Source: Lepidodermella squamata (lineage: Eukaryota > Animalia > Gastrotricha). From it: a stretch of DNA of 64,000 nucleotides. The notes under the pieces are model-generated. The model saw nothing but the letters and a program-made list of their open reading frames with translations. It was not told the DNA's origin and did no database searches. Positions 27,194 through 38,952 of this stretch are shown piece by piece (positions within the stretch are counted from its first letter, which is position 1; every line of letters starts with the position of its first letter). Location: assembly GCA_047495785.1 (NCBI GenBank), contig JBLDXI010000059.1:186001-250000 (forward strand), written 5' to 3'. The position numbers and the translations under genes were made by a program.

Positions 27194-28101
27194 TCGATCA
27201 TTCATTGTGCATGCCTTATATTATTAAATCACAGATTCTCGCGAAGCTATAACAATTTTTTAAATACTTCTCGCGTATATATTTTCGTGTCGATGCGACT
27301 GACTTTCGTGCATTACTTATTACATTGTAAATGTGGCGGTGATGGCGAACCATGAAAATCCGCCTTGAATTCCACGGTGTTTTTGGGTCTTCTTTACATG
27401 CCTCTCATGAAAATTCAAAATAATAATCTATCTTTCGACCACTACTATAACCCGTAAGACTTATAAACCAGCCTCGATGTTGTTGTGTTTTCGTGTCGAA
27501 AAGCTGCGCTTTCATCTCCATCATCGTCCGTAATGATATGAAACATTATCATTATTAATATCTAATATTATTATTTGAAATGACAAAGCAGTTCATTCGT
27601 TTTCTCAAAATTAATTTTCTTTTTGTCTGTCTCCCGGGCTGGGTTGTTTATAATGTAAATAATACGGAGAGATGAACGGCTAATTGTGACGACATTTACT
27701 TTGAATAAACACGAGTTTCTGCGCGAATTTTTTTCTGATTTTTCATAAAATTTTTAATAGCGGTGCCCTTCTCGGCTAAGTGGCTCCTATTTAGCTTTTT
27801 CGCGCGGCTGAATGTGTTGCGCGTTTCTTTTATTTGAAGTTGTGCCCACTCAGATATGGGCATCAAAGCCCGCGTATTGATTGAAGGTGCGCGTGGCCTG
27901 GCCTGCGCGCAAGCAATTTCTTCTGCATCTACTAATAGCCGGCGACGTTTTGAACTTGGCAATAATTTCCAATAATATTTATTGCTGTTGTTGTTCTGTA
28001 TTATTACTAAATTTATGGACAAACTAGTGACGTCGGTTTTACGCGAAGCCGTTTGCTTATTTCAGCCGAATACTAACAACTACTTCCTGCAGCCGGGCAA
28101 A

Positions 28102-30700
28102 ATGGCCCACAAAGACGACGGCCCTGCGCCGTCAGCGGCCGGACACGAGCCACCGGCTGCCGCTCCTGCTAGTCAGGAATTTCTCAGTGCCTGCGAGTAC
28201 GCGAATATCGCTCAGTTGCGACAACGCACGATGAGCAGCAACAGCCACGCCGACGACGGCGACGAGTTCTTCCAGCACACCGGCTCCACGCTGGAAGCTA
28301 CCGTGGACTTACTCCACGAACTGTTTCCCCATCTAGCGGCGAAACTAGCAGCGGTAGGCGAGGAGCCGTGGGTAGAAAGATTAGTCGCGTATTGGAGCAA
28401 CGAACTCGGCATCGACCAGTCCACCGTCAGCAACACTTTGGTCCATTTGGCGCTTGGCCAGGGCGATGAGGGTGACACAAGCGCTGTTCGGCTGTTATTT
28501 CAGCGATTTGCCGAGGCGTTAACCGGCATATGCCTCGCCCATCCCTGTTCGACGGTGATTTTCCTGACAGCTTTTGACGAATTGAAAGCGACTCGCATCG
28601 ACGCGGCCGAAGCTCTCGAGCGGCAGAAACAGGCGGAGAGTGAACTGACGGAGTGCAAGCGTCGAATCGCGTTGCTTGCCGACGAAGCGGACGAGCGGTG
28701 TCGCCAGATCGAAGCGAATTCGGCTGAGAAATTGACATCGTGCCAGAAGAATAGCAGTTCGCAAATCGCGCTGATCAGGCGCGAGCTGGACGCCGAGCGA
28801 GGCGCTTGGCTGGCCGAACGCGAGTCGTTGATAGCCGAGTCCAGGCGGCACGCTGACCAACTATCTCGACTGCAGAAGAAATACGACGAAGAAATCGCGG
28901 AATGTAGCTACTGGAAGCAGCAGGCGAACCAGTTTCGTGAAGAGCAGCATAGCGCGGCGAAATTGAAACGGCGAAGTAATAAATTAAGGCGGTTCGATTC
29001 GTCGGAAAGTGATGGCGAGGCCGACACGAATTCGAATGGTTCCGATGCAGCTCCGGCTGATGCGATGCGAAAGCAGCTCGACGACTTGCGCGCTCAGCTA
29101 GAGACGCAACTGGCTGTCAATAAGGTGTTAACTGAAGAAATCGGCCGGTTGGAAGATCAGATCGCCTCTTCGAAGCAAGACACTTCGTGCACCACGACCC
29201 CTCGCGATAATCCGACAAAAGTTTCCAGGGTAAGCTTTCTTTTTAGTTGAAGCTCTTTGCACGTTATAGATTTTGAATTGTTGCTGCATTTCGAACCAAA
29301 CTCGTTTTTTTGTTACAATTACTTGAATTTGTTTTTCATAAAATTTCCTACCAGGCATTGAATTTTTAATTCATTCGTCGATCGTTGAATTTAGAAAAAT
29401 TAGAAACTAGTACTTTCAGCGTGTGCTGTTTGTTGTTATTGGGCGTTTCTAGATATTATTATTATTATTATTAATATCTGATGGCATTACTATGTAAATA
29501 TACTGTGCCATTTTTTTACTTATGTTCAAAATCTAGAAACGACATATAAAGATTTTCATTACCTTCTTGCTTAGCAATAATTAATTACCTATGAGCCAAT
29601 ATTGCCAAACGGAAACCCTTGAAACAGTTTTTTCGAATTTTCTCAAGATAGTGGGCGTTTCTCAAATCATAATCTCTGTAGGCGATGACCCTTAAAAAAT
29701 TCAAAAAAATTCAAAATTCAATCAAGTTTTAACAAATTGAAGCTTGGCACCTAAAACTATTAACAAGCCATTTTCGAGTATAGTTTTGTAAAGTTACGAT
29801 TTTGGAATGTGTTCTAATAATCGCTATATTCCATAACACGTTGGAAATGCTTTTTAGAGCGAATGAATTGTTCAAAACTCCGTTCCACTTGAAATGAGAC
29901 TCGAAAACCTGCGAGGATGTGTGTTGATTTTGAAGTAATGATGGATATTAGCCAGTGAATTTTACTGCCAGTAAATTTCAATGTAATGAAAAATTCCAGA
30001 TATAGTAATTAACATTCAATACTGAATGGCGGACATCTTAAGATTGTCTTTCTGTTTTTTTGTATTAAAGGAGGATAGCGGCTTGGGAATGAATAACACA
30101 GGCTCACAGACGCACCACACCGGCTGCTACGAACTGTTATACGGCAACGAAGAGGTGCAGTCGAACAGCGACTTCGAAAGCCTAGAAGCCGCGTGTTGCG
30201 CCAGCCTTCGCTCGTCCTTCCTCGTCGACGCGGAAACGCAATGCGCGGGCGCTGCGAGTCGGTCCAAATGCTGCCAGGTCAACCTGAACGAGGCGGCTGA
30301 GCGCGAGTGCGACGAATTGCGTGCGGCGGTGACCACCATGGAGGGCAGCTTGTCCGAGTCGATGATTGCCTACAACTCACTGCGGTCGCGCTATCACAAA
30401 CAGCTGGTTAGAACCAACCAACTGATCGATCTCACCAACGAGCTGTACGCCGAGAATTGTCGCCTCGCCTCGTCAGCTTCCGCGGCCGCTGCACGCCGGC
30501 AGCTCTGCAGCAATCAGACAGGTAGCAGCAGCAGCCGGTCGTCGTCAGCTTTCGGAGGTTCTTCGGCCGGTGAGGTGGAGCTGTCCGCTCCGAAGGTTGC
30601 TCCGAGCTCGGCGCCGAGCGGGTCGAAAACAAAACGGCGTTCGAAGCACGAGGAAATCTACGTCGTAGTCGGGCCACATGCCGGTATCATGCTTGGCTAG
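28102..30700 (+). CDS. Ninein/Bsg25D-like centrosomal coiled-coil protein; exons 28102-29229, 30071-30700
   Basis: LLADEADERCRQIE resembles the ninein LAxEVDxHHA motif and NELYAENCRL resembles the C-terminal DLYVEN motif; phase-0 intron; long coiled coils. Confidence 0.6.
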
Positions 30701-31388
30701 GCGCACTCGAGGTGTTTTTACGAACTGCGAACTTTGAAATATCCTTGATTTGTTCTCGCTTCTGTTTATTAAGTTGGCTTGAGAAGGCCTGTTTCTCTTT
30801 GTTTTAAAAACATAGTTGCTGTGATCAGATTATTGGCTCTTCTTCTTTGATTCCTTGCCTGACAATCCCTTTCACCAATAAAGTAAACAGAAACATGCAA
30901 TTGCGTTTTCAATGTTGGAGCTGTGTATCGGAAAAATACGCAGGATACTCATAGAAGGGATTAGAAAGTGGTTCGTTGTAACTTTTTGTTAGAAAGCTGT
31001 AACCCTGAACCCAGTTACAGCGGCTTGACCGCGCGCCTGTTGCTCTCTTATAATTTGTACCTCCAACGCGCCCGGGTGCAGCAAAACTGGAAGAGATTTA
31101 ATTACACGTTCGCGCTAGCCGAGGTTTGAGCTTCAAAAGCGACTGACGAGGCCTCGCTCGCGCGTTGAGCGGACTCGCTAATTGTAACAAAAAAAAGTCA
31201 AACATTCAGTAGCGTGTTTTTCAAGGATCGATTCGGTGTTTAAAATTGCGGTTTTGGAGTGTAATTTTGGGGGCGAAGACGGGGAAGGAAGGGGGGAGCG
31301 ATTTCAGCCAAATTTTGCCCTTTTTGGTGTTTAAAAATATTTAAACTGTTAAACTGCTTAAAAAACACTGCATTCAGTTTTTCAAGCA

Positions 31389-32013
31389 TATAAAGCCGCT
31401 CGTTTTTTCAGTAATTGCGAAGAATACGAGCCGAATTCGAAACCACACGCGTTACATTCAGACCGGTTATACTTAGCTGTTAGAAAATTTATATGGTAAT
31501 CACCCCGTTCAATGTTAATCTATGCACAATTTTTGCTTGCAGGAATCTAGCGGAACGAGTTGGAAGACGTGATGAAAATGGAGCGAAAGCTGCTGGAAAA
31601 AGAGCGCAATAGCCGCAAAAGGCCGCAAAAGCCGCAGAGGCGAACGGCACCTCGGCCAAATCGGCGCTTGTAACCCCGGCCGCCCGGCGCTGGGTCGCAA
31701 GAAGTAACGTGGCTTCGCTGCAGCTTTCCGAAAACGACGACGCTCGAATGACGATGTCGATGCGGTGGCGCAGTGAGGCTGTCGACGGGTTGGTTGCTTA
31801 CAGCATGTTTTGCACCCGACAGCGAATGGCAATACTTTCAACCAACAACAACAACAGATGTACAACCGGGCTCAACCCGTCAACTGCTGTTCGCCGTCGC
31901 GACTTCACCGATATTTATTTCAGGAGAAAATGCATGCTGCTATAGCTAATGCAACACACATCCACGCTTCGAACATCAATTCGCAATTCTTCGAAATGAA
32001 ATCTGCAACGTGA
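31389..32013 (+). other. Small spliced transcription unit with overlapping short ORFs (possibly one frameshifted CaaX protein)
   Basis: TATAAAG at 31389; ATG|GT at 31493-31497; 47-nt intron to AG 31542; ORFs 31572-31673, 31748-31945 (ends RRKCMLL*) and 31858-32013. Confidence 0.4.
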
Positions 32014-32681
32014 ATTGATAATAGTCTCGTATGATTCTGCTGGGGGTGGTGAGAATAAGCACAACGATTTTTGGTGCCTTGTCAATATGATAGCGCCGCA
32101 AATCGACGATGAGCGCCTTTTTATCTGAGATAACTTCATCGGTCCTAAATCTAAATTTTTGTTGTGTCGATCAGATTTGATGATAATAATAATAACAACG
32201 AAAATATATTGACGAAATGCGAATAATTTATTTGGCGACTAAATTACGATATTACATGGAGCTATCTTCTCTCTCCCTTACTCTTTCTTGATTCGCCTTT
32301 CAGCTCTCCTATGTTGTATTGTCATTTTTTGCGTTTGAGGGATGGTCGTTCCTGTGTTTAGCCGTAGCCTCATTTTCTTTCCTTCCACGCACCGCTATCT
32401 CCAACTCTACCGCTCATGATAATACCCACCCTGTCTTCGCTATAATATCCATTAGCTCCTCAGTTAGATATCATTTGCAGGGACGATTTACGAGGTATCG
32501 CGAGGTATCGTGCTCGCGATATGGCTAATACGTTTGTGTGTGCGAAATTATAGCTTGAAAAAATGGGAAACGTTGAAACAATCTCCACACTCGTTACGTT
32601 CTTCCTTCGACCGTTTCAACATCTCGATTGACGCCGATTAGAAAATTGTCGGCTCGTTTCACTCGCCTTCAGCAACTAGAG

Positions 32682-33038
32682 CAGAGGTGGAAACAGGTTG
32701 TGTAAACCGGCTGGTAGAAAAACAGGTTACCGGTATGGGTATGGGTCTGGTTTGAACAAAAAATTACCGATTCGCCAGGAAATCACAACGAAAACAAGGT
32801 TTTTTACAGTGTCGAGGCCTGTGTGGTAGTTCAACGCGAGACCAAAGCTCAAAGTTGTTAAGCAGTAAAACAAACGATTAGCACCAACAGTTCTTCATTT
32901 TTTGTGTTTTTGTGTTCAATTTTGCGAGGAAACGGTTAATACAAGTTACTATTACCGGCCGGTTGGGTTGGGTTTCCAAAGAATTTTCAGGTCTTCGCCC
33001 AGGTTAGGTTGGAAAAAACCTACCTGTTTCCACCTCTG
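32682..33038. mobile_element. MITE, hAT-like
   Basis: Perfect 17-bp TIR CAGAGGTGGAAACAGGT / ACCTGTTTCCACCTCTG; 8-bp flanks AACTAGAG / AACCTGAG match 6/8. Confidence 0.8.
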
Positions 33039-33541
33039 AACCTGAGTCGACGTCGCCTCTTTTTCATAAGTTGTCGATGCCTTTTTTATGTGCACGTGAC
33101 AGCGTTATGACAGCGTTATGTGCACGAGACAGAAATGCGCGATAGAAATTATAGAAGTGCGTAAAATGCGTTGCTGTTTAATGAAAGAGATTGTTCATGC
33201 GCAACTTCGAGCTCACCTCCTTCCACGAGCACGGCTTTCCACCTGCTTGTCGGCGCCTCCCTTATTGATATGTATGTGAACTGAAGTTAAATTATTGGTG
33301 TATTGGCGAAAAGGACAATAATCAAAGATTATTATTATCATTATTATATTGTAAAACATCAAAAAGTAGGAATTTGCTCATCATTAAAAATCTTATTATC
33401 TTCTATTTTCTGCGAGTAGCGGCGTCCTATTGTAAGTATCATTATATACAGGGTTACTAGCCTTGTGAAAGCGCCCTATTGTTCCTTTTCCTTTTTGATT
33501 ATTTTATACCATATATTATTACTTTTCTGATATTTTTCGTA

Positions 33542-34681
33542 GATTTTTTCAGAAAATTGTAACCGAGGCTAATATTAGCAAGGCGCCTGTGCTAGATCCT
33601 GATGCTGCCAACTATTTTCTGTCGAAAGCTAGCTCCAGTTTGGTACGGAGGGTGCAAGACACCGTCAGACGAAAAGCTGACAAGGACGTGGAGGTTCGAA
33701 TAATAGTCGCCGGAGCAAGCCGGGTCGGCAAATCACTTGTCATTGGGAAATTCCTCAATTACCCAGCCGGTGATCCGTGAGTTCCTAAATTCGGCTAACG
33801 AAACGAACATCGAACAACTCAGTCAAATCGAATCAGTCCCTGGTATTATTAAAGGATGATGCAATGGGCTAATGAAGGTGTCGCTTTTGAAGTTCAAACC
33901 TCGGCTAGCGCGAACGTGAAATTAAATCTTTACCAGTTTTGCTGCACCGACGACGAGCAAAAGCTGTTCAACTACGTCAAAAATTGAAAACGAAACTGCC
34001 GTGTTTTCTGGTTCTCTTCCACTTTGACGCTCATTTGAAAGATGAAATCGAACTGTGTGGCATCGAAGATGAACTTTCGGCTGCCAGCCGAGTTCGAGAG
34101 TCAATGCTGGGTACAAATGAATGCCAAAAGTGAAATCGAATTCGGAACAGGATATTGAACTATTTTGCTTTGATAATCGAAAACCTGATCAACACGACTT
34201 TCCAAAACTATAAAGCGAGATAAGCGCCGCATTAACTGGTGTAAAGCAGCTACTGGCTGAGAAAAGGATGCTCTAGCTCTCTGATGAAGCAATGAAGAGA
34301 AAGGCGGAGGTCTGGAGGAAAGATTTGCCTCTGGTTTCGATTCCAAGCGACGTTGGCGGACTGAGCCCTATTCCAGGCACTGATATTGCGGCCGAGGCCG
34401 GTTTTATCGCCCTCATGACGCTGACACTCTACCGAGATTTTGGCCTATCAGAGGCTAAACTCAACGAGATATGCGATACTTGTGACTTATTGGACTTTGC
34501 TAAAGTTACTCCTCAAATTCGAGCTAAACTCAAATACGCGAAGGTTGAAGTTGAAGCACTCAAGGATAACTTGAAAGATCTGAAGGCGCTTACTGGATTT
34601 CTGCTGAATTTCGTAAAAATCGGAGCTGCTGCTATCGCGATGATATGGCGAAAGTGGTACCGGATCTTGGAACTAGTTTAA
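33542..34681 (+). pseudogene. Immunity-related GTPase (IRG/IIGP-like) pseudogene
   Basis: P-loop IIVAGASRVGKS followed by in-frame stops and frameshifts. C-terminus KRKAEVW..LSPIPGTDIA..YRDFGLSE resembles the IRG KKK..W..PxPG..Y..FGLD pattern. Confidence 0.6.
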
Positions 34682-36399
34682 TTGTTGTCAACGCATTTCG
34701 ACGTATCTTGGCTGATTCCTCTGCTGCCGAATAGCCAACCTATTTTTATTTTTTCATTTTTTACACTGATGGTTTCGCGAATAAAATGAATCATGATGGT
34801 TGAAATGTAGTTATATTTTTCGAGACGTCCCGTGTTGTAATGAAATTACGTATTACACGTCATTACCACCTTTCCCGTTCAGAGATCAAACTGCGCCTTG
34901 TTATGATGTAATTCTGACGGCGGAACACTCTGCGCGCACGCGGAAAGTGAGTGCTGAACGAGAAAAAAGCTGGTATTATATCGTAAAACGTATACCTATA
35001 TTACGGCTCATCGTCTTCGGTAGGTATCGGTCTATGTAGATGAAAGCATAAATCATTTCAAACAATGAGTATTATAGCTCTGATTTCTCTTCACATTGCG
35101 AAAAACGCAAAATCGGGATTTCTTTGTTCTTTCAGGATAACACGATATATACACCTGCTCATTGATCATTATTTTGAACACTCACTCATTCGATAAAATC
35201 TAGACGTCCCAATTTTTGTAGCTTCATCCTCGAGGTGTAGGGGCCACATTTAGCAATATTGTTTTCTTTTAATAGAGAATTTCATTCATTTGGGCGCCGC
35301 TGCAAAAGTGAGCATTCGTGTTTATTCGCGTCTTTGACACCTCTCCTACTCATATTAGTGATATGGAGGCATTATTTTATAGACATAATATTATTATTTC
35401 ACAGCCTTAATTAGTCGAGATTTGATTGTGGCTGCGAGCGCGCTTCAATGGGCACAAAATATACTTGTGGCGATATGTATGCTATATTTTTGAGAGCGCT
35501 CTTTCACTTCACTGAAATAACAAAATCTGCAAACCGCCCACACGATGCCATACATATCTCGATCACAGATTTTCTTAAAAAAAACTTGGAAACGCTACAG
35601 AAATTACTATCTCGCATACCAGAAACCTTCGTAAAATGCTGGCATAGTTTTCGCTTGGTTCGCATTTTTATAGGCTAGTTTTGTTTCGCCCCTATAGTAA
35701 ACATTTTGAGGGGAAAATGCGTTATTTTCGCCCATTTTGCCGAAATGTTCAATGATATATCCATTCTGCAGTTTTTTCGGCCTAAACGGCAAGCGCAAAC
35801 TAACGCAATAAACAAACCTTGCCGTGCGTGTTTTTTTCAAGCCATAGCGCGGCGGTCAAGTGTCACCTAACCGGCACCAACGTGAACCCTCACCTGCGTG
35901 CCATTTGCCCAATGTCACCAAATCGGCAGCCTCAATGGGGCCAAAAAGTCGTGAAGTCCAATCGAAAGTAAGATCGCGCAATAAGTTTATACTGCTGAAA
36001 TCGCGAAATCAGCAGCACTTTTATCATTTTTATCATTTTTATCATTATTTTATAGCGGTAAAACCGTGGCGAATTTTTTCTAGGGAATTTACCTATATCC
36101 CTAAAATAGGGAGGGTAATTTTATCGAGTGTGCTATTTGCACCCACACGCGGGTGCATCCGATTTGCTAGCTACAACCATTTTGCTCGCTACACCCTATA
36201 CCGCGCGTTAGTGTGGGTGCGACGATTTGACTCGCTACACCCTATACAAACAATAAGGAATTAGGAAAAAGCCGGCTGTCGATGCGGCAAGGTGTACAGA
36301 AGTAATTAAACAAGGTAAAATGCGAGCTAGCGAGATTACGTACCTGGGGTGACTTATTAGCGCACTTTGCACAATAGGGTCACTTTGACTTGACAGAAT

Positions 36400-36869
36400 G
36401 GGTGACTTTGGCATGCCAAAAATCGAATATGGTAAGGTAAAGACCTTAAGTGAGTGGGGTACCGTTGGATAGCCCAAGGAAAGGCCAGCCTGGATGTGCA
36501 CAATGCGCATCATAACAACCCATTTTGGGAGAGGACATAATATGTAAAGTCGCGGCATTTTTTTCAATTTCTACCGTATTTTTTTCGAATAAGGGCCGCA
36601 CTCCAAATAAAGGCCGCACCCGATTAAACGCCGCGTTTTTAGGCCTTTTTCAAAAAATCAGGAAAATAGTCGCCGCGGCCCTTATTCGAAAAAATACGGT
36701 ATATTAATATTAATTGAAACTTCGGTGACGGCTAAACCGAAACCGACTAATTGAATATGAAATCATATGTCATTATTATATTGCCCATCCTCCAGACGAT
36801 CCAACACGGTACTCCTTTCGCGAGGTCTTTACCTCACCATATTCGATTTTTGGCATGCCAAAGTCACCC
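36400..36869. mobile_element. Non-autonomous element with long terminal inverted repeats, hosting a smaller MITE
   Basis: GGGTGACTTTGGCATGCCAAAAATCGAATATGGTAAGGTAAAGACC at 36400 versus its near-perfect reverse complement at 36823-36869. Confidence 0.75.
36574..36699. mobile_element. Tc1/mariner(pogo)-type MITE with TA target-site duplication
   Basis: TA|CCGTATTTTTTTCGAATAAGGGCCGC ... GCGGCCCTTATTCGAAAAAATACGG|TA. Confidence 0.88.
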
Positions 36870-36891
36870 TATTTTGGCATGTCAAAGCCTA

Positions 36892-36972
36892 CAGGAATGG
36901 AAAATAGGAATTGTAGGAATAGGAATAAAGAGTATAGGAATTGAGGGAATAGGGAATAGGAATTAGGAATTA
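36892..36972 (+). repeat. Degenerate (TAGGAA)n tandem repeat
   Basis: Visible AGGAAT/AGGGAAT units. Confidence 0.75.
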
Positions 36973-37836
36973 CTATTCCTCCAAGTGTCAAAGTGACCCC
37001 ACTGCCTACAGTCACCCCAGTTGGAAACAAGCAGACGCTCCTGAGTAGGGCACCCGGAAGTGGAGCAGCCGGCTTTGAAGTCGACGATTGGCGGTTACGA
37101 TTTCTTTGTTTTTTCTCCGCTCCGACTCTGGCGCTGCGGGTGCAATCATAGCCGACATGGTGCATTCTGCGGGTCACGAGGGAAACACTGATCTCCAGGT
37201 GAAAATCAAGCAATGGGTGCACGAGTTCAAGGCAGGAAGCCGGTCGGTAATAGGTTATTGAAGACCGGCTCGAGAATATTGATTAGTGGTGTTAATGAAC
37301 GCGAGCGACAGGTAGCGGCGGTGGTATACCGCCCAACTCGCGACCGTCTTAATCCTATTGATGTTGCTTTCGGTTTGCACACTGGAAATCGGCCTGCGCT
37401 TTCAGCCCTATCTTCAAGGCCTCGACTCTTGAACTGATGACATTGATCAGCGGCACCAGACAGATTATTAACTCCTTGGCGCGCAATAAATGGCTCTCTA
37501 GCCGCCGCGCGCGGTCAAGTGGGTGTAGCGGTTTTTCTCTCTGCACCCGTGATTTCATTACCGTCCAATCAAATGTATTGGGTGTACGTAGCAAAATGGT
37601 CGCACCCAGATGCGGGTGCACGCAGCTATTTTCGCGCACCTTCCGGGTGTAACTAGCTATAATCCTGCACCCTCGGGTGTAGTGAGCAAATTCTATGCAC
37701 CCAGCGCGCGGGTGCAGCTAGCGATGACCTAATTTTATTGGGTAAACGTGCGATGTAATTAAACACGGCTCACCGAAGTCCGTCGCCCAAGTTTGAAACC
37801 GGCAGCACACGGGCGCCTTGTGACTAATACCACAAT

Positions 37837-38952
37837 GTAGCCAACTACCCGGTTACTGAATCTGTTTCAGCTAGTTTTACGCGCAAAGCTATTGACGACA
37901 CGGCTCAGCGGTTATATGATGAGCTGGGCACGCGTGCTATTAGCTTAACAATGAACAATTCAGGTTGCAATTGGCGGCTTATAAAAGATTCCTTCAAAGG
38001 TCAACGGTCATTTCCGCACCCATCGAATCCCGATTGGGAAATTTTTCTTATGCTTGATGTCCCTCATTAATTGAAATGCGCAAGGAACGCGATAATCCAC
38101 AACAACATGCTAATGTTGAACCGCGCTGGCGATGTCAGCTGGCGATTTTTCATGGATTTTTTCGATTACGACATTAACTGCCGGCTTCGCGAATTTTGTA
38201 AATTAACCTATCATCATGTTCACACTATTTATAACAACAGCCGGGCACCGCAAAAAATGCGCACTTTATTCGCCGTGCAAATTTTGTCGCGTTTACTAGC
38301 CCTAGGGCTCCGGCGACATCATCCGGATAACCCCAGTGCAGACGCGACCGCGTTCTATTGCGAATTTTTTAATACATTTTTCGATTGCTTGAACGGCTCA
38401 ACGTATGACAAAGCGCAGCATAAACTGAACCCTGACTTGAAGCCTTACGACGACATAAACGATCCGCGTCTTCGATGGCTCGAAGTCGAATTCGTTCGAA
38501 CTATTAGTGAAATTCAAAGTCTTAATCTTGGAAACAAAATTAATACAAAAGACAAAAATGGCAAAAATCACACTCGTAACACCGCTTTCACCGATAACGT
38601 TTTCAAGGGCCTATTATTCACTGCCGCTAATTTTCCTATTATTTGTCGCTTTCTTTTAATTAATGGCGTGAAATTCGTGATGCCTAATCGGCTTAACCAA
38701 GATCCCCTGGAACAGGTTTTTTCACAATTTCGTGGAGCTTGTGGTGGGAAAACTCATCCAAGCGTGTACGACCTTTTTATTGCTGCAGCGCATCTTCTAA
38801 TCGCCAGCCCCGTTTTCGGCGTGCCTCGAGGTTCAAACGTGACCTCGGTTAAAAAACACAACCAACAATCGTCCGAAGACCGACTAATAGCCATTTCATG
38901 GCCGGCCCTTTTTAGGGCCACAAGTATTTGCAACAGTGTTAAATTTTGTTGA
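37837..38952 (+). mobile_element. Dead, 5'-truncated P-element/THAP9-family transposase
   Basis: DVPH*LKCARN (DxPHLxKxxRN with TAA at 38068-38070), QKMRTLFAVQILS, FNTFFDCLNG and RLNQDPLEQVFSQFRG. No THAP domain and no first catalytic Asp found. Confidence 0.85.

Noticed and set aside
31561-31620. Antizyme-like +1 frameshift site (TGG AAG ACG TGA TG)
   Set aside because: The +1 frame hits TAG after 13 codons, and no antizyme ORF2 motif (LLEFAEE, FLGF) is present.
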